Shown in pieces: positions 30,031-41,027 of a DNA stretch of 64,000 nt (the stretch's first letter is position 1; each line of letters begins with the position of its first letter). Source of the DNA: Methanomassiliicoccales archaeon (GTDB lineage Archaea > Thermoplasmatota > Thermoplasmata > Methanomassiliicoccales > UBA472); assembly GCA_026394375.1 (NCBI GenBank), contig JAPKYJ010000015.1, positions 15,265 to 79,264 on the forward strand, read 5' to 3'. A program made the translations under genes and the position numbers. The notes under the pieces are model-generated. The model made no database searches and was not told the origin of the DNA. It saw nothing but the letters and a program-made list of their open reading frames with translations.

Positions 30031-30933
30031 ATGTTCGAGGTCAGGTTCCACGGGCGCGGAGGGCAGGGAGCGGTAATGGCCGCGCAGACCTTGGCGGAGG
30101 CGGCGGTGCTCGAAGGCTATCACGCTCAAGCCTTTCCCTACTTCGGAGCGGAGCGAAGGGGGGCGCCGGTCAAGGCGTTCGCCCGCATCGACAAGAAGAA
30201 GATCAGCATCAAGAGCCAGATATACGAGCCGGATCTGCTGGTAGTGCTCGACGGTTACCTGCCGGAGATCGAGCCCATCGCGGAAGGCCTCAAAGTCGAA
30301 GGAGCCGCGGCGGTGAACGTGGCCGTTGCCCCGGAGGAATACGAGCTGGGCGTGGCGGTCAGATGCGTCACGGTCGATGCGACCACCATCGCCTACGAGA
30401 AGCTCAAGGCGCCCATCGTGAACACGGCCATGTTGGGAGCGGTCGCGAAGGCGCAAGACCTGGTCAGCCTGGATACCATCATGCAGGCCATCCGGGATAA
30501 GTTCGGGGAGAAGCTGGGGGCGAGGGCCGCAGCCTTGAACGCGGAAGCGGCCAAGACCGCTTTCGAGCAGGCTCGCACCGGCAGATGCAGGGGGGACAAG
30601 GAACTGGTGCACAAGGATGCCTGGCTGCCACCCTGGAACGAGATACCGCCCGGCACGGCCCTGGGCGTGGAGAAGCGAGGAGAGATCGTGGTCGGTCCGG
30701 GCAGCTCCTGGCAGAATCCCACCGGGACCTGGAGGACCTCCTCCCCTCGTTACATGAAAGAGAAATGTATCCGTTGCCTCCGCTGTTGGTGGTCCTGCCC
30801 CGAGGGCACGATCAAGCGATTGGAGGACGACTACATGCGCTGGGACTACCGCTACTGCAAGGGCTGTGGCATCTGCGCGGAGATATGTCCCGCGGACGCA
30901 ATAGAGATGGTGCGGGGGGTGCGCGAATGGTGA
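30031..30933 (+). CDS. 2-oxoacid:ferredoxin oxidoreductase gamma subunit fused to the delta (2x[4Fe-4S]) subunit
   Basis: The N-terminus FHGRGGQGAVMAAQTLAEAA...FGAERRGAP is gamma-like. The C-terminus CIRCLRCWWSCP...CKGCGICAEICP carries the delta ferredoxin motifs. Confidence 0.85.
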   Translation: MFEVRFHGRGGQGAVMAAQTLAEAAVLEGYHAQAFPYFGAERRGAPVKAFARIDKKKISIKSQIYEPDLLVVLDGYLPEIEPIAEGLKVEGAAAVNVAVAPEEYELGVAVRCVTVDATTIAYEKLKAPIVNTAMLGAVAKAQDLVSLDTIMQAIRDKFGEKLGARAAALNAEAAKTAFEQARTGRCRGDKELVHKDAWLPPWNEIPPGTALGVEKRGEIVVGPGSSWQNPTGTWRTSSPRYMKEKCIRCLRCWWSCPEGTIKRLEDDYMRWDYRYCKGCGICAEICPADAIEMVRGVREW

Positions 30934-32102
30934 GCAAGGTGCTCTCCGCCGACCACGCCGTGGCTTGGGCGGTGCGCCTGGCCAGGGCGGAGGTGATTCC
31001 CGCTTTCCCGATCACCCCTCAGACCCTCATCGTCGAGCTAATCTCAGAGTTCATCAGCGACGGCGATCTCGATGCGGAGTTCATTCCGGCGGAGAGCGAG
31101 CACAGCGTGATGTCCGTGGCGGTGGGAGCGAGCGCGGGCGGGGTGCGGACATTCACCGCCACATCCTCGCAGGGATTGGCGCTCATGCACGAGATGCTCT
31201 ATGCCGCGCCGCAGAACCGCCTGCCGGTGGTCTTGGTCAACGTGAACCGTTCCCTGGGAGCGGCGGCGGGCATATGGCTCGAGCACAACGACTCCATGCC
31301 CGAGCGGGAGTCGGGTTGGATGCAAATGTACGTGGAGGATAACCAGGAGGCGCTGGACATGACCCTCCAGGCCTATCGCATCGCCGAGGACCACCGGGTC
31401 ATGCTGCCCATCATGGTGTGCCTGGACGGCTTCGTGCTCTCCCATACGGTGGAGAAGGTGGATGTGCCAGACCAGAACGACGTGGACAAGTTCCTGCCCA
31501 AGTTCGTTCCCCTGAACATGCTGGACGTCGGCGAACCGAAGATGATCAATCCCATCGTGCCGCCGGACTACGCCATGGAGATGCGCTACCAGTTGGACCG
31601 GGTCATGGATTCCTCGCGGAAGGTCGTCAAGGAAGTGGACGAGGCCTTTGCGGAGAAGTTCGGGCGAAGCTATGGAGGTCTGTTCGAGCCCTATCATATG
31701 GAGGACGCGGATTTCGCCCTGGTGTCCTTAGGCACTGCCACCTCCACGGCGAGGGCGGTGGTGGACGAGTTGCGCGAGAAAGGCAAGCGGGCGGGGCTGA
31801 TCAAGTTGCGCTTCATGCGCCCGTTCCCGGAGAAGGAATTGTTGGATGCCGTCGCGCACCTCAAAGCCCTGGGGGTCTTCGACCGCTCCATCGGTTTCAA
31901 CTCTTACGGACCGGTGTTCACGGAGGTCCGGAGCGCGCTGCATGCGCTCGAACTCCCGATCACAGACCACATTGGAGGATTGGGCGGGCGGGACCTGACC
32001 ACCGAGGAGATGCGAGATATCTTCGCTGTCATAGAGAGAAGCTCGAAGGGGAAGAAAGTGAAAGCGGTCAACTGGTACGGGCTGAGAGGTGAGCAGGAAT
32101 GA
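30927..32102 (+). CDS. 2-oxoacid:ferredoxin oxidoreductase alpha subunit
   Basis: The ATG at 30927 overlaps the upstream stop. HAVAWAVRLARAEVIPAFPITPQT...AESEHSVMS are typical PorA/VorA motifs. Confidence 0.9.
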   Translation: MVSKVLSADHAVAWAVRLARAEVIPAFPITPQTLIVELISEFISDGDLDAEFIPAESEHSVMSVAVGASAGGVRTFTATSSQGLALMHEMLYAAPQNRLPVVLVNVNRSLGAAAGIWLEHNDSMPERESGWMQMYVEDNQEALDMTLQAYRIAEDHRVMLPIMVCLDGFVLSHTVEKVDVPDQNDVDKFLPKFVPLNMLDVGEPKMINPIVPPDYAMEMRYQLDRVMDSSRKVVKEVDEAFAEKFGRSYGGLFEPYHMEDADFALVSLGTATSTARAVVDELREKGKRAGLIKLRFMRPFPEKELLDAVAHLKALGVFDRSIGFNSYGPVFTEVRSALHALELPITDHIGGLGGRDLTTEEMRDIFAVIERSSKGKKVKAVNWYGLRGEQE

Positions 32103-33079
32103 ACGGGACCAAGGACATCGGCAAGTTGACGCTGCGCGACGTTCCGAACAAGGACTACTTCCTTTGGGGGCACGGGGCCTGTCCCGGCTGCGGCGTGGCC
32201 ATCACGGTCAAGAACCTCATGCGCATCTTCGGCCCGGAGACGATAGTCTATGTGCCGGCGAGCTGCCTGGTGGTCTTCGGGGCGCAGTATCCGACCAGCG
32301 CCTTCGATGTGCCTTACTTCTTCACCGCCTTCGAGAACACAGGGGCGGTCATCACTGGCATAAGAGCGGCGCTCAGGCGGAGGGGCAAGAAAGCACTGGT
32401 CGTGGGCATGGCCGGTGACGGAGGCACCTTCGACATCGGGCTCCAGGCGCTATCCGGAGCGGCGGACCGCAACGAGGACGTGATGTATGTGTGCCTGGAC
32501 AATGAGGCCTATATGAACACTGGCATACAGATGTCCGGCGCCACGCCCTTTGGAGCGTGGACGACCACCTCGCCCGCAGGCAAGTTGATACACGGCAAGC
32601 GCCGCTTCAAGAAGGATATCGGTTCGATCGTGGCCGCCCACGACGTTCCTTATATGGCCACCCTCTCCATCGCCCATTGGAACGACTTCGTTCGGAAAGC
32701 GGAGAAGGCCAAGAGGGCGGAGGGCTTCCGTTTCCTGCATGTCCTCACTCCCTGCGTGCCTGGATGGAGGTCCGAGCAGTCCAGGACAATGGAGCTCGCC
32801 CGGCTGGCGGTGGAGACGGGCATGTGGACGCTGTACGAGGTGGAGCACGGAGAGCCCAGCGTCACCTACAAGCCGAAGAGGATGGAGCCGGTGACCGAGT
32901 ATCTGAAGCTGCAGGGTCGGTTCGCACACATGATGCCAGACGACATCGACGCCTTGCAGAAATGGGTGTGCAAGAAGTGGTGGATGCACTACAAGGACGA
33001 GGTCGAAGCTCCCCCCTGCGAGATGTACAAGGCGGAGAAGCCGTTGGCGCATGACGGAGACCCGCTGCACGGGGTCTGA
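32099..33079 (+). CDS. 2-oxoacid:ferredoxin oxidoreductase beta subunit (TPP-binding)
   Basis: It has GHGACPGCG... and MAGDGGTFDIGLQALSGA...NEAYMNTG, the TPP motif. It is coupled to the alpha subunit by an ATGA overlap. Confidence 0.9.
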   Translation: MNGTKDIGKLTLRDVPNKDYFLWGHGACPGCGVAITVKNLMRIFGPETIVYVPASCLVVFGAQYPTSAFDVPYFFTAFENTGAVITGIRAALRRRGKKALVVGMAGDGGTFDIGLQALSGAADRNEDVMYVCLDNEAYMNTGIQMSGATPFGAWTTTSPAGKLIHGKRRFKKDIGSIVAAHDVPYMATLSIAHWNDFVRKAEKAKRAEGFRFLHVLTPCVPGWRSEQSRTMELARLAVETGMWTLYEVEHGEPSVTYKPKRMEPVTEYLKLQGRFAHMMPDDIDALQKWVCKKWWMHYKDEVEAPPCEMYKAEKPLAHDGDPLHGV

Positions 33080-33395
33080 GGCTTGGTCCTGTCTCCATCG
33101 CGCAGGACGCGAAAGCGCTAGAGGGGTGCCACCTCTCCAACTTCCCGCTCGAACCGGGCAAGCGCCTGGTGTACGTAGACTACGTCGAACTCTGAGCCCA
33201 GGAGAAGGCAAAGGCTAGAAGGGGGAAGGCATAACCTAGGCCAAGGGCGCGAGTGTGCTCATCGAGACCAAGACCGTCGACTCCCTGAGGCGAAGCGCGC
33301 CCATTATCAAACACCTCATCGCCGATCTTGGCCTCTAGCCGCCCCTGCCCAGAATTGAAATATCTCGGTGTCGTTCAGGGAGGGAGAGGTGCGTT

Positions 33396-34703
33396 TTGTC
33401 CTTGGACTTCACCATGCACTACGTAGAGCGACTGGCGGACCGGGTGGCTTCTGGGGTCGAGTTCCAGAAAGTGACCAGGCTAGAGGACGTACTGCCAGCT
33501 AGCCTGGAGCGCACCGGCCTGAACGTGCGCGTGCCCTTCTGCGCCGCGAAGTGCTCTTATTGCGCTTTTCCCGGAGAGTCGTACAAGAACGAGTATGGCA
33601 AAGCATTCTTGGATGCCGTCAACGAGGAGCTGGCACTCTACGCCACCTATGTGGAAGTGAAGGAGGTGGACCGCGTCTACGTGAGCGGAGGGACGCCGTC
33701 GCTGCTTCACAAGGAGCTAGGACAGCTGCTCGACATCGTCCGGAGTCATTTTCAGTTCCACGGCAAGGTGGCGATGGAGGCCGGGCCGGCCGACCTCAGC
33801 GATGAGGTCCTTCACTCCCTGCGCTCGAACGGCGTGGGCCAACTGAGCGTGGGAGTGCAGACGTTCAACGAGCGCATGCTCCCCTTCTTGGGAAGGATGA
33901 CGAAGCGCGACCAGCTCATCGAAGTCCTGCGCCGGGTCATGGACACGGGCTTCGACTACGTTAACATCGACCTCATGTTCTCCTTGCCCACGCAGACCCT
34001 GGACGAGCTGCTCCAGGATCTGGAAACCGCCACCGATCTGGGCGTCCAGGGCATATCCACCTATCCGCTCATGCTCTTGCCGTACACGCCCCTGACCAAA
34101 CGGTCCGGGCAATGGGAAGGTCAGGACGCGCAGGCGGAGAAGGAGCAGTACCTGGCCATCGTGGACACGATGCGTTCCAGAGGGTACAAGATGCGCACCC
34201 TTTGGTCCTTCTCTACCAGGCCTGAGGAGTACGAGGGCCCTTACGAGCACAGCCACTTCGTCGGCATCGGGCCGAGGGCCTGGGGCATGATCAACAACCG
34301 CTTCACCCTGAACGCACCATCCACCTTGGACTACATACGCAGGCTGAGCGAGGGCTTCCTTCCGATTTACGCGCACTCTGAAGTCAAGGGCTATCCGATG
34401 GCCAAGCTGGCTAGACGCCTCTACTACGGAAAAGTCACCATTCCAGAGCTGGAGGCGTTGAGCGCCGAGGACAGCAAGATCGGCTCATACATCTCGTTGC
34501 TTCGCCTGCTCGGCCTGATGGAGAGGAAGGGCGAAGAGCTCGTGCTCACGGACAAAGCCCTCGCCTACGCGAGCGTGGCCACCAAGAAGATCGCCATGTC
34601 CACCCTAGCGAAGATGAACGAGGTGCTCGTTCAGAACGGCCAAGATGAGGGCGAGGCAACGGCGAACCAAGAGCAGCCAGTAACCTTGATTGTGCCTGAG
34701 TGA
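33396..34703 (+). CDS. Radical SAM protein, HemN/HemW (coproporphyrinogen-dehydrogenase-like) family
   Basis: It has the CAAKCSYCAF (Cx3Cx2C) motif and VSGGTPS. The start is TTG at 33396 or ATG at 33414. Confidence 0.8.
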   Translation: MSLDFTMHYVERLADRVASGVEFQKVTRLEDVLPASLERTGLNVRVPFCAAKCSYCAFPGESYKNEYGKAFLDAVNEELALYATYVEVKEVDRVYVSGGTPSLLHKELGQLLDIVRSHFQFHGKVAMEAGPADLSDEVLHSLRSNGVGQLSVGVQTFNERMLPFLGRMTKRDQLIEVLRRVMDTGFDYVNIDLMFSLPTQTLDELLQDLETATDLGVQGISTYPLMLLPYTPLTKRSGQWEGQDAQAEKEQYLAIVDTMRSRGYKMRTLWSFSTRPEEYEGPYEHSHFVGIGPRAWGMINNRFTLNAPSTLDYIRRLSEGFLPIYAHSEVKGYPMAKLARRLYYGKVTIPELEALSAEDSKIGSYISLLRLLGLMERKGEELVLTDKALAYASVATKKIAMSTLAKMNEVLVQNGQDEGEATANQEQPVTLIVPE

Positions 34704-34813
34704 GAGCACGCATAACCAACAAACCTTTTATACCATCATCCCTTTGGTGGCGTTGCTCTTTCTGAGCCGATGAATGATGAAGATGTCATCGTACATCCGA
34801 AGGAGGTAAGAGA

Positions 34814-35185
34814 ATGGCTAAACCGATATTCGTCAGATTTGAGATGCCAAAGGAACTTCAGGACAAGGCATATGAGATCGTGGAACTCGCTCGGGACACG
34901 GGCAAAGTGAAGAAGGGCACCAACGAGGTCACGAAGCTCGTCGAGCGGGGCGAGGCCTCGTTCGTGGTCATGGCTGAGGATGTGCAGCCGCCAGAGATCC
35001 TGGCGCACATGCCGATGCTGTGCGAGGAGCGCAACATCCCCTATGCCTACGTCGCTAGCAAGGCTGAGCTGGGCAATGCCTGCGGACTGGAGAAGCCCAC
35101 GGCCTCGATCGCAGTGATCGACGCCGGCAAGGCGAAGCCCCTGATCGACTCCCTGGCCGAGCAGATCAAGAAGCTTAAGAAGTAA
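34814..35185 (+). CDS. rpl7ae: Ribosomal protein L7Ae
   Basis: It has [48 protein letters not shown]. Confidence 0.95.
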   Translation: MAKPIFVRFEMPKELQDKAYEIVELARDTGKVKKGTNEVTKLVERGEASFVVMAEDVQPPEILAHMPMLCEERNIPYAYVASKAELGNACGLEKPTASIAVIDAGKAKPLIDSLAEQIKKLKK

Positions 35186-35201
35186 AGCGAGGGTGCTTCA
35201 C

Positions 35202-35417
35202 ATGGCAGAGGGAGACGACAGCATACCCTGCGAGGTCGTGGAGATCATCGGCCGCACCGGCATGACCGGCGAGGCCACGCAGGTCAAGGTGCGCGTTCTC
35301 GATGGTCGGGACAAGGGCCGAATCATCACCCGGAACATCATGGGCCCGGTGAGGATGGGCGACATCCTGATGCTACGCGAGACGTCGCGTGAGGCCAGAA
35401 AGCTGGCCCTTCGCTGA
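35202..35417 (+). CDS. rps28e: Ribosomal protein S28e
   Basis: It has [43 protein letters not shown]. Confidence 0.9.
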   Translation: MAEGDDSIPCEVVEIIGRTGMTGEATQVKVRVLDGRDKGRIITRNIMGPVRMGDILMLRETSREARKLALR

Positions 35418-35440
35418 GCAATTCACAGGAGGCAAATCCA

Positions 35441-35794
35441 ATGGTTGAGCTGAGAGTGTGCTCGTTCTGCGGCAAGGAGATCGAGCCGGGCACGGGCAAT
35501 ATGTACATCAAGAAGGACGGAACGGTATTCTTGTTCTGTTCCAACAAGTGCTCCAAGAACATGATCGGCATGAGGCGCGTCCCCCGCAGGATAACGTGGA
35601 CCAGGGCCTATGCGCGCGAGAAGGACGTGCGCATGACCGGGATCGTGGCGGCGGAGGAAAAGGCGAAGAAGCCTGAGGCGCCGGAGCCGAAGCAGAAGAA
35701 GGCGGCCAAGGTGAAGAGGGAGAAGAAATCCGAGGCGAAGGCCGAAGAGGCCAAGACCGAAGAACCGCAGGCCGTAGAGGAGAAGAAGGAGTGA
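35441..35794 (+). CDS. rpl24e: Ribosomal protein L24e with a Lys/Glu-rich C-terminal tail
   Basis: CSFCGKEIEPGTGNMYIKKDGTVFLFCSNKCSKN forms the zinc ribbon. Confidence 0.9.
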   Translation: MVELRVCSFCGKEIEPGTGNMYIKKDGTVFLFCSNKCSKNMIGMRRVPRRITWTRAYAREKDVRMTGIVAAEEKAKKPEAPEPKQKKAAKVKREKKSEAKAEEAKTEEPQAVEEKKE

Positions 35795-35799
35795 AGGCG

Positions 35800-36252
35800 A
35801 TGATCGAACGCACCTTCGTCATGCTGAAGCCGGACGCGGTGCAGCGCGCGCTCGTGGGCGAGATCGTGGGAAGGTTGGAGCGCAAGGGCTTGAAGCCGGT
35901 GGCCATGAAATTCATGCGTTTGCCTAAAGAGCTGGCAGAGAGACACTACTCCGAGCACAAAGGCAAGAGCTTCTTCCCCGGGCTCATCGAGTACATCACC
36001 TCCGGGCCGGTGCTGTGCATGGTCTGGGAGGGCGAGAACGCCGTGACCGGCGTAAGAGCGCTCATGGGCAAGACCAATCCCCAGGACGCACCGCTGGGCA
36101 CGATCCGCGGGGACCTGGCGCAGCAGACCGGGCGGAACCTGGTGCATGGTTCTGACTCGCCAGAGAGCGCCAAGCGCGAGATCCAGATCTTCTTCAACGA
36201 CTACGAGCTCCAGGACTACAAGCGGTCCGTGGACCTATGGCTGTTCGAGTGA
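35800..36252 (+). CDS. ndk: Nucleoside diphosphate kinase
   Basis: It has ERTFVMLKPDAVQRALVGEI...NLVHGSDS with the active-site His motif. Confidence 0.95.
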   Translation: MIERTFVMLKPDAVQRALVGEIVGRLERKGLKPVAMKFMRLPKELAERHYSEHKGKSFFPGLIEYITSGPVLCMVWEGENAVTGVRALMGKTNPQDAPLGTIRGDLAQQTGRNLVHGSDSPESAKREIQIFFNDYELQDYKRSVDLWLFE

Positions 36253-36400
36253 ACCAAACCATTCCAAGCCGGCGGAGATGCCCCGGCGTTGTTCGTTTTT
36301 CACACCAGGCATCTAGCTGACAAGGAGCGCATATCGCATCCATTGCCAATAGCATCGCAGGGTTCGGTTGGAAACCTACAAATAACGATTGCCTCATGCG

Positions 36401-38155
<1,755 letters not shown>

Positions 38156-38157
38156 AC

Positions 38158-39071
38158 CTAGGCATAGCCAGTACTGTCGAACTTTGTTTCAATCAGGGGG
38201 GTATAGACTTTAGGCCGGGTCTCCTCGGCCCATAGCCCCCTCACTTGCTCTAGCGCCTTCGTCTCTCTCATGCGCCCATAGTGCTCCTCGGTAGTCCTGG
38301 TGGTCTCGTGTCCCATGGTCACGGATATTGCGGAGAGCTTGCTCGCGTCCCGGTCGATGCACATCCTGGCAATAGGTGTTGCGGAACGTCTTGATGTGGA
38401 AATCTATCTTTTCACCTCCGGGGTCTACGTTCACCAATCGCTGCACCTTCCTCTTGATTTCCCAGAAGCGGGCGGAAGCGTAGAAGCCCGCCTTCCCGCG
38501 GCCATGGAACGCGGGAATCAGGACCTCGCATGCATTAACACCCATCTCGTCGAGCTTCATTCGCCTCTCCTTGAGGAAACGCTTGGCCGCCTCGTGTGCT
38601 GGCGGAAGGACAAGAACCATTCTCTGTCGGCCGTAGGACCTCTCGCCTTTGGGATGACGGACGCGGAAGGTCCAGTTCCTCAACTCCAAGTCCTCAAGGT
38701 TCGCGAGGCGAAGCTCGCTCGGCCTGAGACCGGTGGCCGGAAAGAATGCCGTCAGCAACATGGCGACCTGCCCCGTCCAGCCTTCGCTCCTCTCAGCCGC
38801 CATCTGCAACCTGATAACTCCGCCTCATCCAGTGACTTGAGATCCTTGGGTGCGGCGGTCGGCAAGCGTTCGCCCTCCACTGCGTTCGCCCTCCACTCTC
38901 ATCTGCTGGATGACAGGACTGCCAGAGAACGTCGTCACCTTGTCCAGTAGTCTGATCAGCTTCGACCAGTACCCAGAATCAAGACCGTTCCTCCAGATTA
39001 AGAAAGCCTGGACTATCAAACTAAGTTCTTCTCGCCTCCTGATGACTGAAATACTCTCTTGGCTTGGTCAT
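38158..39071 (-). pseudogene. Tyrosine recombinase/integrase, disrupted by several frameshifts
   Basis: Recombinase segments lie in different frames. These are MTKPREYFSHQEARR (39071 downward), VQAFLIWRNGLDSGYWSKLIRLL, TGLRPSELRLANLEDL...HIKTFRNTYCQ, and the C-terminal MGHETTRTTEEHYGR carrying the catalytic His/Tyr region. Confidence 0.7.
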
Positions 39072-39301
39072 CTTCTCGACCTCAGGGCTTTCTTACTTCC
39101 ATTCTGGACCATCAGTAATAAACTGGGAAGCCACCCGCGTGCTTGTTCAATATGATAATTGCTTAGGGTTGGCGATGTAATTACTAGATTGGCGGCCTAT
39201 TCATAGTCTGACCTGTCGGCCGCGTCGTTGCCAATCCATTGCAGATCAGTTGTCGGCTCCAAAGGCAAGGATATTAAGGCGGGCAGAGTGTCGTCTATAT
39301 C

Positions 39302-39661
39302 ATGGACGCCGACAAGATTCTCCGAGAGATGGAGAAGAATAGTGGGGAGGTCTGCAACCCATTGATCCTGACCTCCAAAATCATGCCTGAATGGATACCC
39401 CGACAAGCTGAGGAGGGCAAATTCGTGATGAGCCTTCCCAACGTACCACCGAAGTACAAGCAGCTCATAATGATCTCAGTGGCAGCAGCTCTCCAGAACA
39501 AGCAATGCACCGAGTACTTCATCAAAGTCGGGACGCATATGGGGTTGACTAGCAAAGAGATTGGAGAAGCTATTCTAGTCGCCCGATTCGCAATGGCATC
39601 AACGATATTTTCATCGGCCGAGGAAGGGTTTCACTCGCTAATCGAATCGGAGAGTAAGTAA
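39302..39661 (+). CDS. Carboxymuconolactone decarboxylase (CMD/AhpD-like) family protein
   Basis: PPKYKQLIMISVAAALQNKQCTEYFIKVGTHMGLTSKEIGEAILVA resembles the CMD helical core. Confidence 0.65.
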   Translation: MDADKILREMEKNSGEVCNPLILTSKIMPEWIPRQAEEGKFVMSLPNVPPKYKQLIMISVAAALQNKQCTEYFIKVGTHMGLTSKEIGEAILVARFAMASTIFSSAEEGFHSLIESESK

Positions 39662-39733
39662 AGCTGCAAATTTGATAGGGCATTTCCGTGAAAGGTCACG
39701 GGGCAAAAGGAAAGCGCGCAGCTCATCTTCTGC

Positions 39734-40066
39734 CTAGTCGAACACGAACTCCACGCTGTTCTCCTTGTTCTTTCTTGCGTTGGACTGCGCGATCATGCCC
39801 GCCTCGAGCCATGCGGCGGATAGTATGCCAGCCGGCACCAGGCAGTTCGCACTCATCCTCGTCACCCTCATGCGGTCGAAGACCTTGCTGTGCTGCTTGT
39901 CCGTTAGGTCCGTCAGCGTCAGCTCCTCCAGCCCGCTGGCGAACTCCTTGACGTTGTCGCACGGCGTTGTGACTTGGACTTTGTATGTTCCCTCTGGCGT
40001 TTGCGTAACCTCAACGGTCGTCGTCTTTGCGCACAGGTTCATGTTGACCTTCACTTTAGATGACAT
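39734..40066 (-). CDS. Small 3-Cys protein of unknown function (last gene of the acr3 operon)
   Basis: The ATG at 40066 is preceded by GAGGGGAG. The product MSSKVKVNMNLCAKTTTVEV...TTPCDNV...SANCLVPAG matched no family I recognise. Confidence 0.5.
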   Translation of the reverse strand: MSSKVKVNMNLCAKTTTVEVTQTPEGTYKVQVTTPCDNVKEFASGLEELTLTDLTDKQHSKVFDRMRVTRMSANCLVPAGILSAAWLEAGMIAQSNARKNKENSVEFVFD

Positions 40067-40126
40067 GTTTACTCCCCTCATTTTGTACGTTCCGTTCCTC
40101 TGAATGCCGATTGAGCAATCGGATTC

Positions 40127-40753
40127 CTATTCCTCCTCTGACCTCTTTATCAAGAATGCCGGCAACTCGAAGCCGCTGATCGGCCCCGTTTCGACATTCC
40201 ACCTGGTCATTATCCCGGTCTGCTTCTCTATACTGGCGCATAATCCAGGTATAATGAGGGTCCGGTGGTTGACTTTGCCAGCGACCGCGCTGTTCGTCAG
40301 ACCGCGCATCACGGTCATGGGGCTCATCAACTTCATGCCCGCAGCATGATCTATCGTGAACCCTTTGGTCTCCGTGGGCACGATGTATGCGCTGACCTTG
40401 GGGGCTTTCGAGAATATCAGGTTCAGGACGTGGATCGTGACTCCCGAATTGCCCGTAATGAGCACCGGAGAGTCCGGTCCGGGAGAGTTCACTTCGAACA
40501 GCTTTTCCGCGACGGTACTCATGGAGGCGTCCGCCTCATGGACCTCCAATTTGATTGATAGCGCTCCGGCCAGCGACTCGCTCATGAGAAGCGCCATCTC
40601 GGGGCAGTCTTTGACTTTCGCCTTACCTTCGCTCAATGCCGCAGCGAACTCCCTGCAGGTCTTATATCCGCAGCTGCCGCAATCCTTCCCTGGAAGATAC
40701 TTGACGATGTCATCCGGCGACATCCCGTAGAAATTGACAGCTTCCACCACCAT
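40127..40753 (-). CDS. Truncated CFeSP-large-subunit/HgcA-like protein: N-terminal [4Fe-4S] motif plus a corrinoid-binding Rossmann-like domain
   Basis: YLPGKDCGSCGYKTCREFAAALSEGKAKVKDCPEM fits C-x2-C-x4-C-x16-C as in the CdhE/AcsC N-terminus. DSPVLITGNS...TETKGFTIDHAAGMK...NHRTLIIPGL...GPISGFELPAFL aligns by eye with the corrinoid domain of CFeSP/HgcA. The ATG at 40753 lies 1 nt from the upstream stop. Confidence 0.6.
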   Translation of the reverse strand: MVVEAVNFYGMSPDDIVKYLPGKDCGSCGYKTCREFAAALSEGKAKVKDCPEMALLMSESLAGALSIKLEVHEADASMSTVAEKLFEVNSPGPDSPVLITGNSGVTIHVLNLIFSKAPKVSAYIVPTETKGFTIDHAAGMKLMSPMTVMRGLTNSAVAGKVNHRTLIIPGLCASIEKQTGIMTRWNVETGPISGFELPAFLIKRSEEE

Positions 40754-40754
40754 A

Positions 40755-41027
40755 TTATGCACCCTTCTTCTTGCCCTGCCCAGCAAATTCGATTTGAGCT
40801 CTCTCCTTCTCGTGCAATAGCGATTCAGCGAATTCCAGCATGCGCTCGTCCCCTTTCTCACTGATGATCTTGGCCAGATTGATCGCTCCTTGAATGTCCT
40901 CTTCGGGGACTCCCAGCAGCCTAGCCTTCTCCAAGTGGTGCTTAAGGCAAGGCTGGCAATGTCCAGCTACCGATGCTGCTATCGCCGTGATCTCCTTGCT
41001 TTTCTCATCCATTCTGACCCTCTCCAT
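40755..41027 (-). CDS. CMD/AhpD-like protein with a CxxC motif
   Basis: ITAIAASVAGHCQPCLKHHLEKARLLGVPEEDIQGAINLA resembles an alkylhydroperoxidase AhpD-core-type CxxC. Three candidate ATGs (41072, 41027, 41012) all overlap the acr3 3' end. Confidence 0.7.
   Translation of the reverse strand: MERVRMDEKSKEITAIAASVAGHCQPCLKHHLEKARLLGVPEEDIQGAINLAKIISEKGDERMLEFAESLLHEKERAQIEFAGQGKKKGA

Noticed and set aside
30585-30926. N-terminal 114-codon extension of the porA track ORF
   Set aside because: It overlaps the gamma-delta gene in another frame and is Gly/Arg-rich. The conserved PorA N-terminus begins at the ATG at 30927, which is coupled to the upstream stop.
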